A stretch of 63,741 bases of DNA, the filler included, from Perkinsus chesapeaki ATCC PRA-425 (lineage: Eukaryota; Protista; Perkinsozoa): NCBI GenBank assembly GCA_013115145.1. It is 7 parts of 7 records of this genome, joined end to end, with 100 filler letters (N's around TTAATTAATTAA, not from the genome) between each part and the next. Parts side by side here need not be neighbours in the genome. Positions count along the whole stretch, not along the records: positions 1 to 25,024 come from JAAPAO010000536.1; positions 25,125 to 26,322 come from JAAPAO010002110.1; positions 26,423 to 32,038 come from JAAPAO010001139.1; positions 32,139 to 35,571 come from JAAPAO010001411.1; positions 35,672 to 38,243 come from JAAPAO010001573.1; 2 more parts are not named here. The stretch is one strand, 5' to 3'. The position numbers were made by a program, and so were the translations under genes. Every line of letters starts with the position of its first letter. Position 1 is the stretch's first letter. The notes beneath the pieces are model-generated. The model did not search any database. It saw nothing but the letters and a program-made list of their open reading frames with translations, and was not told the origin of the DNA. Below, piece after piece: positions 24,001 to 36,573 of the stretch.

Positions 24001-25024
24001 TAAACTGCACTCCTGTCAGATTCTTACTACTACTACACACAGATATATTTTGTAAATGTCTATTTTCTACAAGTATGCACGAGCTATATCTATCTGAGTC
24101 TCTAATCACTAGGTACCCCTCTACAATGATTTCACGTGGAGGCTCAGATATGAGAATGAAATCAGGCTTAAATTCTACGGTTGCTAACAAACTTATTAAG
24201 ATAGACTGTGATTTACGACAATTAAGTTGTAAGAATTTTAACAACATAGCTGGTCGAAAATGCTACCTCTATACGGGACTGGACTATCACCATAATCTGT
24301 CATTGCTAGTTTTGCGCGCAAATGCTTAAGTTTGACATCACACAGCTCACCAAACAACGCATTGTGTCCTCGATTCTTACATAAGGAGCAAGTACTAGCA
24401 GCTAAATCTATACGAGTGCCTCTTTTTGGACACTTCCCCATCTGATGTTGTCCGCCGCATAAGCAACACGAGGCAAGCTCAAGGTTATTTCTAGCCGCAC
24501 AAGGCTTATTTTTAGAGTGACACTGGCCACAATCGTAGCATACCTTCGAATCTATGTGATCCTTGACTTTCAGTTTCATATTCCGAACATACAGTTCATT
24601 TTGAACCAAACAAGATCTGTCCTTGGCTTCTACTCGAATGACAAAGGCTTTTTGTGTGGTTCTAGTGAAAATCCGTTCTTCCACATTGATATTATCTTGG
24701 AAGAATTTCGCTTGGGTTTTCAATTCTTCCTTGTCTCCCGCGAAATCTTCTTCGAAAATGATTATTTCAGGGTCTAAGCGTGACTGTAACCTCATTTCAG
24801 CACCATCAATACCTTTGAGTTTTTCAATTGCGGACTCTGTTTCAGAATCATTTCACGGAGCCTTGACGATTATGTTCTCACTTCTTCGGAGAACTCTATC
24901 TACCTTATACTTATCGAGTTTGCAACCCACACAGTTCTTGAGATCACTCAGCTTTTGCTCCCTTTGTGCAACGTCTTGCACTGGAGTTTTCAGTTTTATC
25001 ACAACTGTTTTAACGTCCTTTGTT
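21069..25024 (-). mobile_element. Near full-length LINE (ORF1 + APE-RT-CCHC ORF2), two ORF2 frameshifts; 5' end at a gap
   Basis: ORF2 has APE (QLNCRK, LISEP, GGDSN, IDVTF, DHAPI), RT (RPIAL, LDYSNAF, GTPQG, CFADD) and C-terminal CNHC...HLLLDC. Frameshifts near 22370 and 21320. Confidence 0.93.
24238..25024 (-). CDS. LINE ORF1 (coiled coil + three Cys/His knuckles), 5' incomplete
   Basis: CYDCGQCH, CCLCGGQHQMGKC and CSLCKNRGHNA; stop overlaps the ORF2 ATG. Confidence 0.8.
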
Positions 25025-25124
25025 NNNNNNNNNNNNNNNNNNNNNNNNNNNNNNNNNNNNNNNNNNNNTTAATTAATTAANNNNNNNNNNNNNNNNNNNN
25101 NNNNNNNNNNNNNNNNNNNNNNNN

Positions 25125-25500
25125 GTCCCTGTAGTTTCTGTACAATCCAGCACAGTGTCATACCCACAAGGATGATAGGTGCACACAACAACATAATCAC
25201 TATGATACTAATCCATTCTATTAGATTGAATGGATAGACACCCATAGATAATATCACTGGCAAACTTTGCTTCTCAGCCATAAACAAAATGAAATAATAA
25301 ATCTAAAAGGAATGAACTTACCAATAAAGGTACGATGCTATGGGAAGAGCGCTTGATTGATGACTGAAGTATCGCTATAGAATTCCGAGAGACACTAGCG
25401 TGAAGATACTTCCGGGTGAAGTCTAAGCTAGGTGGAGCTCTAGATTCCTCTAATCACGCGCATTACAGCCACCTCACTAAAGCTCAGTCTCCCACTTGGT
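25125..25500 (-). CDS. Fragment of a hypothetical membrane protein gene
   Basis: Hydrophobic exon YPFNLIEWISIIVIMLLCAPIILVGMTLCWIV running into the gap. Confidence 0.35.
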
Positions 25501-26422
25501 GTCATCGGAAAAAATAGTTGCTATGTTTAGACGGTTGATTTCCATTTTTGCGGATCTCATGTGGTACTATTAGTAATTCGTTTCTGTACGAGCGTTCGGC
25601 ATATTCTCGTGATTGCTCCCTGAACTCAAACGCGTCGATCTTAATAAATGTAATATGGATATAGACGCTACCACACTTCAGCCGTTTGTAACATGATGGT
25701 GCGATTCAGTCTTTTCTCAACCGATCTTAGTGAGGTATACCAAGGGAGCTTCTAGATGCTGGAGAGTAGCAGCTCCTCATCGTTATGGTTCAGACCTTCC
25801 GAAGATTTGCCGATATTTTCGCAAATCAATGATAAGATAACGTGGCAGTTCACCACGCGCTTCAACACTTTCAAAAAGTCGCACCAATGCAGATAACAAC
25901 CATAGATACCACTTGATAAATTTATAAAGAGAGATTTAGAATAAAGTTCTCCAGACCGCTTGGACTCGATCCTTTTGGATGGGTTCGGAAATACGCATAA
26001 TTTCTATCAAGCATGTATCCGGCATCTAGTGCGGTTTACTCCCGACCCACTTGCGAACTGCGGATGCTCAAGCGCAACAAAATATCAAGTAATCAGAAAC
26101 GAGGATTAAACAAATTAACGAGGGAATTATACCCACTTGGAGGGCCACTACACGTGACAAGGTGCGTTACTCCATACACCTTACAGAAGAGAAAGATGTA
26201 ATCATCAAGTAACAGCTTAATTCAGATTTAAACTTATTGAGAATGAACAGCGAGCTTGCTTTCCCTAGCATCCATACTGCGAAGGTAGGGAGTATTGGGC
26301 TGGAGCATTTCCATTCTACCAANNNNNNNNNNNNNNNNNNNNNNNNNNNNNNNNNNNNNNNNNNNNTTAATTAATTAANNNNNNNNNNNNNNNNNNNNNN
26401 NNNNNNNNNNNNNNNNNNNNNN

Positions 26423-27059
26423 CAGACACTCTTACGTAGACGTAGCCTCCAAGATATCGAATTGATGTGGGGTTCTCCAGAGCGTCGTTAGTGTAACCTG
26501 GTATTTCCTTCCATGAAGAGCCATTCTTCACGAAGGCATATACCGAGCTGGATGCCTTACCGGTCACGTAGAGCACCCGGTGATCCGAGTCAAATGCAAC
26601 ACCAGTATAATCTCTAGTAGAGTCGGCTGGAGCAATTTCAAGATACTCGTTGGGATTGGTGGCGAGGACTGCATAGACCGCTCCATCAGCGATGCCGTAG
26701 ACTTCACTTCCATCATGGGAGGACTCGATATCAGAGAAGTTCTTCTCAACAACAACCTTGTATGACTGGAGATCACATGATACCCTCCACAGTTTACCGA
26801 CACCGTTCTCTTTGCCAGCGATGTACCAATCTCCGAAGTCGTCCAAACTATAAGAGACGACAGATACATCTCCCATTGGCAGCATATTAGGATAGTCGAT
26901 GGAGTCAACCTCACAAAAGCTTCGTGAACACTCGGGTGTTGGCCGTTGTGAAGTAACGACCGAACCAGCCATGGTCGTTAAGACCTCCGCGGCTGACATA
27001 ATAAGGCACGACGTACCGAATAGCAGAAGATTAATCATTTCCTTGATATATGATAGCAA
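26423..27059 (-). CDS. Secreted propeller/mucin/Cys-module family, copy A (5' part, truncated by gap)
   Basis: Signal-like N-terminus; CSRSFCEVDSIDYPNMLPMGDV...WYIAG and LENPTSIRYL are paralogous to 27721-29544. Confidence 0.8.
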
Positions 27060-27720
27060 ATGAAACTGATACTAATGCGTGTTTATCTGAACTATCGTAG
27101 TTCTTGTAGTCTAGCGCTGAAGGATGGAGGTAAGCCAGGTAGCACAACTTGGGATCCGTAGATGGAGCGGTTAGCGGTCCATGACACAGTCTTGTAGTTG
27201 GTACCCCTGTAGAGGTCGCTAATGACGCTCCTTACGTAATACGACCATTGAACATGTAGCTTGCGTTTGTTGAATACTAATAATTGTTTCGATATTAGAG
27301 AGTTCCTCCTTGTGGAGGCAAGATAGCTCCCGCGCCTTCTTCAATACGTGTCACAAATGCGTTCAGCTTTGCTCCACGTTTATCGCATTTCACAGTGCTG
27401 CACAATCACCGGCTGCATGATAGTTGTGAGGGTCCCTGAGGTCCCATAGGTAATCAGTTGCCTAGAGCGTTCAAGGTGGATTCGCGGCGAATCATAAGTC
27501 AGGAATCTTGGGTGCCGGAAGACGGGCAGGCTACCTCAGCCCGCCCTCGGTGATCAATACATTGAACGCAACAGGGTTGTTTTTACAGTGAACATCTGCG
27601 GACAAAAAACGAGAACCAAAGGCTTCGTCGCAAAATACAGATATGTTGCTGTCGAAATTTTATACAACTGGGAAAGAGGAATAATCATCCCGTATATGAG
27701 GTGTCATAAGGGCAAACGTC

Positions 27721-29544
27721 TTATGCGCACTCGCACAGAATGTTGGTTCCAGAGCAAACGCTTGGGATCATCCACGACTTGCAGTAACTGCCAGGCTCGA
27801 TAGAGTTGCATAAGTCATCACACTGTAGACCAGATTCAGTAGTGGTACTTATCTGCGAGCTACCAGAAGTGGTAGGATACTCGGTTGTATGAGAGCTTTT
27901 AGTGGTAGTAAAGTCCTCATCACAACTGCATGGTAGATCAGTCTCTGAGCATTTGCTAGGAGTCTGCCAATACTTGCAATAAGTACCAGACCATACAGAG
28001 TCACAATAAGCGTTACCAGAAGCACAGTAACCCGTAGCTTCAGTAGTGCTTTCAGACGACTCGGTAGTAGTCGAGACAACAGACCCAGTTGTAGAAGCCT
28101 CCGTAGTAGTTACATCAGAAGGCTTAGTTGTAGTTTCTGGTTCGGTTGAAGGGGAAGTCGTAGTCTGAACGGGACCTTCAGTAGTAGAGGCGCCGCAAGA
28201 ACAAGGTGAACCATTTCCAAAGCATGTGCTAGGAGTCTCCCAATACTTGCAATAACTGCCAGCTGATATCGATGAACAGTAAGCATCACAAGTAAGAGAA
28301 CTCTCAGTAGTCGTCTCCGGGACCTCCGTAGTAACAGCCTCGGTGGTGGTAGTCTCTACAGGCTCCGTAGTAACAGCCTCGGTGGTGGTGGTCTCTACAG
28401 GCTCCGTAGTAGCAGCCTCGGTGGTGGTAGTCTCTACAGTCTCCGTAGTAACGGCCTCGGTAGTGGTGGTTTCAGCTGCCTCAGTGGTAGTACCAATAGT
28501 TGTCGTGACCGGTGAACCCGTAGTCACAGAAGGACATTGGCACCAACCAAGGAAACGGAAGTCAACTTGAGAGTTATAATCTTGCATGACAATCTGATTA
28601 TTATTAGGAGTGAAGTTAACCAAGTTACCTTTACTTGAAGTACATATTTGATTATCACCCATACCACAACCACATCCACCAGCGTAAAGCTCACCCTGAG
28701 CAGTAGGATCATTTAAAGGCTTTCTATAAACCGCATCTTGACCATGTCTATAATATAGATAATTATCAGGAGTAATCGTAAATCCTTCAGTACCGGGTAT
28801 GCCAAGATTGACATACATACTGGTAGCTTGATAAGAGAATGGTAACCACGCAGTAACACCAGTATCAACACGGATGTACATATATGGTGCCAAATAACGA
28901 ATACTAGTAGGACTGTTTAGACCTTGTGGGCTATCGTATGGAATACCTTTAATGAACTCGTTATTAGGGAGTTTAACTTGAGAACCAGCAACCCATCCAA
29001 GAGTCTTAAATCCAGTACCATAGGGAATACGCTCAAAACCAAATACAGCATTGAATTTATTGGCAGTAACATATATCCTATTATCTTCAGGAACATAAGT
29101 AAGACCAGTATAATCCAAAGCTGAATTAGCATTAGCAATGACTCTAATACTATTATAGACTTGAGTATTGATTACTATTACTCTTTGCTGACTAATAGCA
29201 TAAACTTCAGAACCATCAGGATTAGCTTGCATATCAGTAATTGAATGCTCAGCTAATACCTCATAAGATGATAAATCACATGAGGTTCTCCATAATCTTG
29301 TTTTACCATCAGAATCAGTACCAGCGATATACCAACGACCAGCATTATCAAAGCTATATGCCATAACATTAACATCACCCATTGGAAGCATATTAGGATA
29401 ATCTTCTCTATCAACCGAGCAGAAATCCTTCGAGCATTCTCCAGATTTCATCATCATACCTCTCAAAACGGCAGCCTGCGGGGAAGCAGTCGCCGTAGCT
29501 AAGAGTGCAAAAGCAAACGCAGTTACAATTGAGATAGATATCAT
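27721..29544 (-). CDS. 607-aa intronless secreted protein: propeller-like domain, TTTE(A/P) mucin stalk, three 6-Cys YCKxW modules
   Basis: Signal peptide MISISIVTAFAFALLATATA; repeated ETTTTEAVTTEPV; modules CDAYC..SYCKYWETPSTC..PCSC. Confidence 0.9.
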   Translation of the reverse strand: MISISIVTAFAFALLATATASPQAAVLRGMMMKSGECSKDFCSVDREDYPNMLPMGDVNVMAYSFDNAGRWYIAGTDSDGKTRLWRTSCDLSSYEVLAEHSITDMQANPDGSEVYAISQQRVIVINTQVYNSIRVIANANSALDYTGLTYVPEDNRIYVTANKFNAVFGFERIPYGTGFKTLGWVAGSQVKLPNNEFIKGIPYDSPQGLNSPTSIRYLAPYMYIRVDTGVTAWLPFSYQATSMYVNLGIPGTEGFTITPDNYLYYRHGQDAVYRKPLNDPTAQGELYAGGCGCGMGDNQICTSSKGNLVNFTPNNNQIVMQDYNSQVDFRFLGWCQCPSVTTGSPVTTTIGTTTEAAETTTTEAVTTETVETTTTEAATTEPVETTTTEAVTTEPVETTTTEAVTTEVPETTTESSLTCDAYCSSISAGSYCKYWETPSTCFGNGSPCSCGASTTEGPVQTTTSPSTEPETTTKPSDVTTTEASTTGSVVSTTTESSESTTEATGYCASGNAYCDSVWSGTYCKYWQTPSKCSETDLPCSCDEDFTTTKSSHTTEYPTTSGSSQISTTTESGLQCDDLCNSIEPGSYCKSWMIPSVCSGTNILCECA

Positions 29545-31792
29545 TACTAAAAAAAACAGTAATAATACGGAATGACACTGAACCCACTCCCTATACTATA
29601 GCACTAGCGGCTCCATGCCACATGAAGTATCTCCTCATGGCCATGTGACACACACCGAGGATCCAGCACACAATCTGCCAACTTTTGGATACCATTAGTA
29701 TAATACTAGAACTGTGCTGAGCAGTCACGTTGTACTGTGATATCGTTCGCCCTTTATTACTACTGTATCACCTTCCAAGATGGAAACTGCTCACTCTTGC
29801 ATAACCTGTTGCAGTTCCGACGCGCACGCGTGCGCGCACGCGACTCACAAACTCTCCGTACCATAATTTTGTTCGCTTGTACTCTGACGGCATTGAATCT
29901 TTTTGTTGCTGCGTAGGTTCTACGGGTTTGGCGAAAACGTCGCTGCAACCTCAATAGATTTGTCCAACTTCTCGCTCTCGCCCAATCTAAACGTTGTGCT
30001 GACGTAAATCCAGTAACCACCTATTAGCTATCCACAGTGCTCCACAGGCCTTCTCCTCTTGGTGGGGCTCTGTAATACATGGCACCGAGAGGTTGATGGC
30101 TTCTCGTCGCATCTCACGAGCAATACATCTCTCAGTTATCAACCGACTCAGATATTCAGTAAGATTCTTCCGTTACACGATTCGTGATAGTGTCTATAGG
30201 TTTCGCACTGGCGCGCTGCAGCACGGCAGCACGCTGGAGTTGATCGTCTCATAACAAAGCTGCCCTCCGCCCCTGTTGGCCTCTCCTCATTGAGTAATCG
30301 CTCCGGCGCTTTCGTTCTGTTCCTCAACATCGGTTAACAGTAAAACATACTCCCTGTCAGCTCTTGCCTTCAAGCTGTGGCAGAGTCTTGCCCGACGCAC
30401 GAGGAGTGTACTTCGAATATTAACATCTTCCCGTTGTAAGAGTGATATGTGGTTAAAAAGAGCGGCCCTGTCCGAATGGCGCAATACCAGGCGTCGTACC
30501 GCTGGGGGGGTAAGACTTATTTGCTTTGATGTCTCTCACTGAAACCGTCTCCGCAGGCACGTGCTTTAGCAGCCGTCGTCCACAGGCGGCTTCATCTGTA
30601 CTGGTTAAGCATCCTCCAAACTCATATTCTGCTTCGTGATGTAGGTCTTCGTTGATAGCATAAGACAACACCATCGGCGTGCTGCTGCACTCATCTGTGA
30701 GTATGCCCCTTCCAGGTTCACGGCTATGAAGAAACGACGAAGGCCGAAGACGGCAGGTTGAGCTTATTAGCGGCTTTCAACTGGTGGGCGCATCAGGCAG
30801 CGCTGGCACGTAGGCATATTGAATGGCCATGCCTTGGGAATCTTGTCTTCCCCTTCAGATGGGCGGTGTCGAATACTACGCTCTACAAGCGCTCGGCGAC
30901 TCTTTCGCTCCACCGAAAGTAGCGGTGTCCAACACGCACTTGAAAGGCATACCTCAATACTTGGGGAAATTCACAGAAGCTCTGTTGTCAGCGTTTCTTG
31001 CCGGCTGCGTGAAGGATTATACAGAAGACTGTTGGAGGTTTGTTACTTGCTCGTGTTGCCTCACGAACGGTCGTCGACTAGGTGAAAACATTCTATGCTT
31101 GGCTACTGAACGTGTGCGGTTGCAAAATGAAGTCGAGTACGCGGCTCTACAAAAGAGCGATGTGTACTCTTTTAGCGGAGAGAAATAGGATGTCAACTGT
31201 GGGCCAATGTGTAAGGCACGCACTAGAATGGACTCCTTACTGTCATCCCTCGCTGATAGCTTCGCCAGTGGCAAAGACAAAGCTCAGCGGCACGAGCTGC
31301 TCAACAGAGCGAGCTGCTGCGGGGTGCTGCATCGGAGCTCCAGCTTTTGAGAAAGGAAGTACGAGCAGCTGCAGAGCGTGCTAGAAGCTCAATGAGTGAT
31401 GAGCATACACCTTGGTAGACTGGTGCCCATGGTTCCCTTTCCACGAGTTATATTGTTTTGTTCGGTACAAAAACGCATGGACAACAAGATAATAGAAACA
31501 CAACAGTCTCTAAAGCTTCAGAAAACCTTACATTCAACTTTGAAGGTTGTGGTGAGCACCAAAGGGAATTACTCACCACCACAGACACTATATGACATTG
31601 CATAAATAGCTGTTAAAGAGATAGCTAGCATTGTTCTATTTAATACTAGAGAGTGTGAATTTGGGGTTTGGAGTTTGCTATTGGGTTGGTTAACAGAATA
31701 ACATTAAAGTGCAGCTTATAACAAAGAAGGTCAGAGAGAACTCACTAAGGTGCTATACTGCACGTAGAGGGTTCAATAATAGCAAGATGAAG

Positions 31793-32038
31793 TTACTCTT
31801 CGCAAGAGCACGGTTTATTGGAGCCCTCGCAGACGCTTGGGATCTTCCAATATTTGCAGTAGCTACCAGGGGAGATAGAGCCGCAATAAGCGTCACATTG
31901 AAGAGAGACAGGGCCTGTTGCTTGAGATGTGGTCGCAATAGTAGACGTTTTTTGAGTAGCTGTGAGAGGTTCGGTTGTAGAGGCCGAGGTGGTCTTGATC
32001 TCGGAGGTTGTTGGTTCAGTTCTTGTCGTAGTGGATTG
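31793..32038 (-). CDS. Same family, copy C (3' end only; not in the ORF track on this strand)
   Basis: Reverse translation ends ...TTSQATGPVSLQCDAYCGSISPGSYCKYWKIPSVCEGSNKPCSCEE* (TAA at 31793-31795). Confidence 0.85.
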   Translation of the reverse strand, partial: QSTTTRTEPTTSEIKTTSASTTEPLTATQKTSTIATTSQATGPVSLQCDAYCGSISPGSYCKYWKIPSVCEGSNKPCSCEE

Positions 32039-32140
32039 NNNNNNNNNNNNNNNNNNNNNNNNNNNNNNNNNNNNNNNNNNNNTTAATTAATTAANNNNNN
32101 NNNNNNNNNNNNNNNNNNNNNNNNNNNNNNNNNNNNNNAA

Positions 32141-35100
32141 CTATCGAAGAAATCGGAGTTGACGAGAAGTTGTCAACCCTGCGAAGCTAGCAATCACTGA
32201 AACAGCGATGCGGATTGTAACAGGGCCTCGGCAGTCTACTCGATACATAATCGATCTGCAAGTCTGGTGAAGGACCCGCGAATATGAAAGAATGAAGGGA
32301 AGGACCATGAGCGGGGAGAGTAAAATGTGGTAGTTCAAAGTTTGAGCTTCAGTCAAGGACGAACGAACCGACGTTTGAGCTGCAAACGTCGCTTCGTCGT
32401 CGTTGAGGCCGCACAAGAGGAAACTTTCCTCTCAGAGGAATCCTCTGGAAAGATCAACGCTGAAAACCTTGAGAAGAAGAGGTGTATCGGTGGGAGTTGA
32501 CGACGAAAGTTTGTGGAGGCGCACCGATGGAGGCTGCGTAGAGAGACAATATTGGCTCACGGGTTTCCTTGGTCCTTTCTGTAAGGGTTCTATGGCAAAG
32601 AGATTCTCAGTATGAACTGTGAGTCACAGTCTGTGACAGGTCAGGTGGCCTGGCCCAGGTCACTAGTAACAGGTCACCTGTCGGTAGGCTCGGAACACTG
32701 CGATGTCCCCGCAGGCTCGATCTGTTGTCTCGGATCACACCAAGAGCACAAATTCGACCCCCTGAAAGTGGTCTCCTGGTGAGAGGAGATGCGGTCGTCA
32801 GTCAAGTGCAGAACTCTCGCTTGAAAACAAGAAACCCAGAATCAGCTGAATAGGTAGAAGCGGAGGCCTGTAGATAGTGAACAACCGTAAAGGAAATACC
32901 CAAAGGAAGTCGGTGACGTGTAAAAGGCCAGAGGCATCCTTGTGAAGGGAACGACGGAAGGGCTTGCCGGTAAAGTATGAAGAGTCGGACTTTAGTAACG
33001 TATCCAGAGATATGGGCTCCTCTCCGAGAGAATGGGGTTGTCGGAAAGGGATTCGATATTATCGATGGCGGTGGATTGCTGGAAGGTTGTCAATCAGGAT
33101 ACCCAGTGGTCACTGATCAACACCACGAGGTATCACTCGGCTGGGTGAGGCGAGCAGTGCTCGATTAGCAGTTACGTGAAGCTAAGGCTACAACAGCTCC
33201 CACTAGCGTACGCGGAATTGAAGGAATCGTGCCCAGGAAGGGAAGTGTAGGACCGTCCTAATCGGGCGTGTAGGGCGGATTTGGACCCTGTAGAGCTTCA
33301 ATGACACATGACATGTGTCAGCCTGACACATTAAGTCATGAGGACGCATGTTTTGAGGTCCGAAGTGGTAAGGGAAGCTAGGGTGCAGCCCTGGGGCTGT
33401 CCGTCCTTGACTGACCATGTACTGCCATCAAGTATGAGGTACACCGACCAACTGAAAGAGACTAACTGAGGTGCATTCCCGAATACTCCTTTCGCTGAAG
33501 TGTTTGAAACAGTTAGGGGTGTTTGACATGCCGCCAAGCGTGGCCCACCAGACGCCTCGTATTGTCCAGCTGCGACGCGCAGCTTGTGAGGTCTTCGTCG
33601 CTTGAAGACACAAGAAGAGCTCTGAGGAAGGCTGGGCTGATGAGCCTTATCAGCAGGACTCCGGAGGGGGTTGGAGCCAGGCACGTCTCGTGACATCGTC
33701 AAGTCGCCGACGAATTGCCGACTGTGGCTGCGTCAGAATTTTGCTGGGGAGTAAGCTTGAGTCAAAATTCTTGACGAGAGGTAGTGGTACTCGAGAATAA
33801 CACCCACAAACTGGCGCTCGGTTGAAGGCCGCGGCTGCTAGCCGTCGGCAAACAGAAATACAACAGATCGTGGCCCACGTTATCAAACCGTCAGGATGCA
33901 GCAGGAGCGTTGAAGACTCAAGGGGCCGATTGTGGTAGGAGCAAAATGCAGTTGTCTGATGAAGGGTGAGCTTCATCCCCGACATCGTCCTTGAGAAGAC
34001 TCAAGGGGGCGATTGTGGTAGGAGCAGAACGCACTCGTCTAATGAGGGGTGAGCTTCATCCCCGACATCGTCTTCAAGACCACGAAGTAGTCGCTGAGAC
34101 GGCGCCAGAACTGATGGTGGGATGCCGCCCTAAAGTGACTGGGAGAGAGTCGCAAATCAGACCGCATCAACTCCGCCTGTGACTGTTTGACACCGCGGGT
34201 ATTGCCCGGGTACTGGCGGACCGGCCGAGGAGTTGATACTGTGTGGTGACTAGCGCTGAGGCCTGCTTGTCGCTCTTGAGAAGGTGGAGCTCCGGATAGG
34301 CTGCCGCTTCAGCCAGGTATTGGCAGAGAGCCTCGCACGAGTCTTTCTCAGCTCAGAAAGAGCAGCAGCAGAAGTGGTACTTGTGGAGCTGAGGGCTTGT
34401 TAAAGCTGTGGAACAGCGGCGGCGTCGTTAGGTGTCTCGTCGAAGGAGATACTGAGGAAGTAAGCGGCCGCAGGTGATGAAGAGGAAGCGGACATAATTG
34501 GAAAATGAGCACTAACCGGACAAGCACACTCGGATGAGAAAGTCTCAACCAAGGCGTATGTCGCGGAAGTGCAGCTCCAGAGGGGCAATCCAAAGGATTG
34601 AACAACCTCGAGAGCATGTGTAAGGCCCACAGTGGGCCGCCCGTAGGTGCCTGCAGGGCACGGGCTCAAACCGGGCAAGCAAAAGTGATGCAAGTAGCTT
34701 AGCCCAGGGCTAATAGCCCTCCTTGGCGGCTTGCAAAAGGATGCCACTAGCATCGTGCAACCGCTGCGGTAGTACCGCACCACTAACTCCTCTGATCGAG
34801 GGACGCCCCAAACCCTTTTCCGCCACTAGACCGGGGGTCTAGGCGATATACTGGGGCTGGCGGCATCGGAGACAGCGAGACGACGATTGCGCTGAGCTAT
34901 GTTTCGGTTGCACGCATGCGTTGATCTTCCCTCCGCGCGCGCCATTTGACATGGTCCAATGAATTGAACTGTTAACAAATAATAAGGCGTATGCCAGGGT
35001 GATGTCTGAGTTTGGGCGAGGCATCTGCGGTTCTACAGCTGCCAGTTATTAACGGGCTCCCTTTTTGTATAGTCGAATGGTCGTAGTCTATGACTAACAG
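32141..35100 (-). mobile_element. Heavily decayed Ty3/Gypsy-like gag-pol remnant
   Basis: Fragments: CLRCRQPQ knuckle-like (~34850), GMSNTPNCF RT motif B and a degenerate YxDD region (~33440-33550), integrase-like LQIDYV...VDNFSR (~32150-32270). Many stops. Confidence 0.55.
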
Positions 35101-35651
35101 GAAGTCTGAATCGTTTCCTTGGCATTCGAAGTTCATATGCTGCTAATAGTTGGCGAGACAAACTTGGAGTTCGAACGTGAAACATCTAGTTGGCTCATGT
35201 TAACCATCAGGGAACTCAAGGACTCAAAGTGAGGCAAGAATCTGGAAATCTAATCTTAACTTAGTACATTAATAGCAGTACTAGCGTCGAGCTGAGCTTA
35301 AGGCTCCATTGTTGTGCAGTTGCACGACAACAACAGCTTAGTGATACCACCACCTCTCTAATCTGATCATGTTGGCATTCAAGTTACGAGTTACGTTGGT
35401 TACAGCTAGGAGTTGGTATTCAAGGAGGCCATAGATGCAAGAATGGTAAGAGGAATGTCAGAGAACGTAGATCAACTAGTTGACGAGGGAATAGTTGACC
35501 GAAGCCCACATATTCCTCATTCTTGCGGGTAGGCTTCCGAATCGGGAATCTCAATCTCTGTGATCTTGTCTNNNNNNNNNNNNNNNNNNNNNNNNNNNNN
35601 NNNNNNNNNNNNNNNTTAATTAATTAANNNNNNNNNNNNNNNNNNNNNNNN

Positions 35652-35962
35652 NNNNNNNNNNNNNNNNNNNNTCCCAATACCATTAAACGGTTAAGTCATT
35701 CCCAATACCATTTAAACGGTTAAGTCATTCCCAATACCATTTAACGGTTAAGTCATTCCCAATACCATTTAATTGGTTTAGTTATTCCCAATACCATTAA
35801 ACGGTTAAGTCATTCCCAATACCATTTAAACGGTTAAGTCATTCCCAATACCATTAAACGGTTAAGTCATTCCCAATACCATTTAAACGGTTAAGTCATT
35901 CCCAATACCATTTAAACGGTTAAGTCATTCCCAATACCATTTAATTGGTTTAGTTATTCCCA
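35652..35962. repeat. 28-29-bp minisatellite (TTCCCAATACCATT[T]AAACGGTTAAGTCA)n, probably intronic in UTP11
   Basis: About 11 head-to-tail units and two variant units (AATTGGTTTAGTTA); no spacers. Confidence 0.95.
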
Positions 35963-36573
35963 TATTACAAATGAAGGTTCTTCTTCATCTTTTCTATCTT
36001 TTTCTCATCAATTACTCTTCTACTAGTAACATACCGCAGATCTTGAGTATCAACAAGTTTAAGCTGATCTCGATCAAGCTTAGCACCCGAGTGGATAACA
36101 TCACCTGAATCCTCAATTACCAACAGCTGTACATCTGATCCTCATCGAAAGCCACGAAATATTGCCCAATCCTAATCCATATTCATTTTTATAATGTTCC
36201 TCTCTGTTCGATATCAGTCCCTTTTGTGTACAAGCTTATCCCATTTTTACAAGCCAAAAACTAAGGTCAGATTTTCCCTGGTACTACCATCTTTTTGCTT
36301 AGAACTCTTCATGCGATAGTAAAACTCATCCTTATTCCGGAACGCTGCCTTTTGTCGTAAGTTATCTAAGCACCATCAATGCCTTTACTTTTCTGACACC
36401 TCTAGCCATCTACTCAACATATCCTCCTTCTTATGGTAATCCTTGGCTCGTTTGCTATAATCCTTATGCTTTTCCAATAGACCAAGCTTCTGTCTCGAGG
36501 CCAATTGATGCCTTTCCTTATGTGTCCGTCGGGCCACTACATGCCTGAGTGCACCGCCGCCGCCTGATGTCAT
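35963..36573 (-). CDS. UTP11: U3 snoRNP/SSU processome protein Utp11 (5' part; 3' end lost in repeat/gap)
   Basis: [37 protein letters not shown]|[17 protein letters not shown]|...[13 protein letters not shown]. Confidence 0.92.

Noticed and set aside
29700-31700. Scattered ORFs as a transposase or gene
   Set aside because: No recognisable motifs and many stops; left unannotated.
35652-35962. 29-bp repeats (also the 38- and 31-bp arrays) as CRISPR arrays
   Set aside because: Head-to-tail units with no unique spacers, no cas genes, eukaryotic context.
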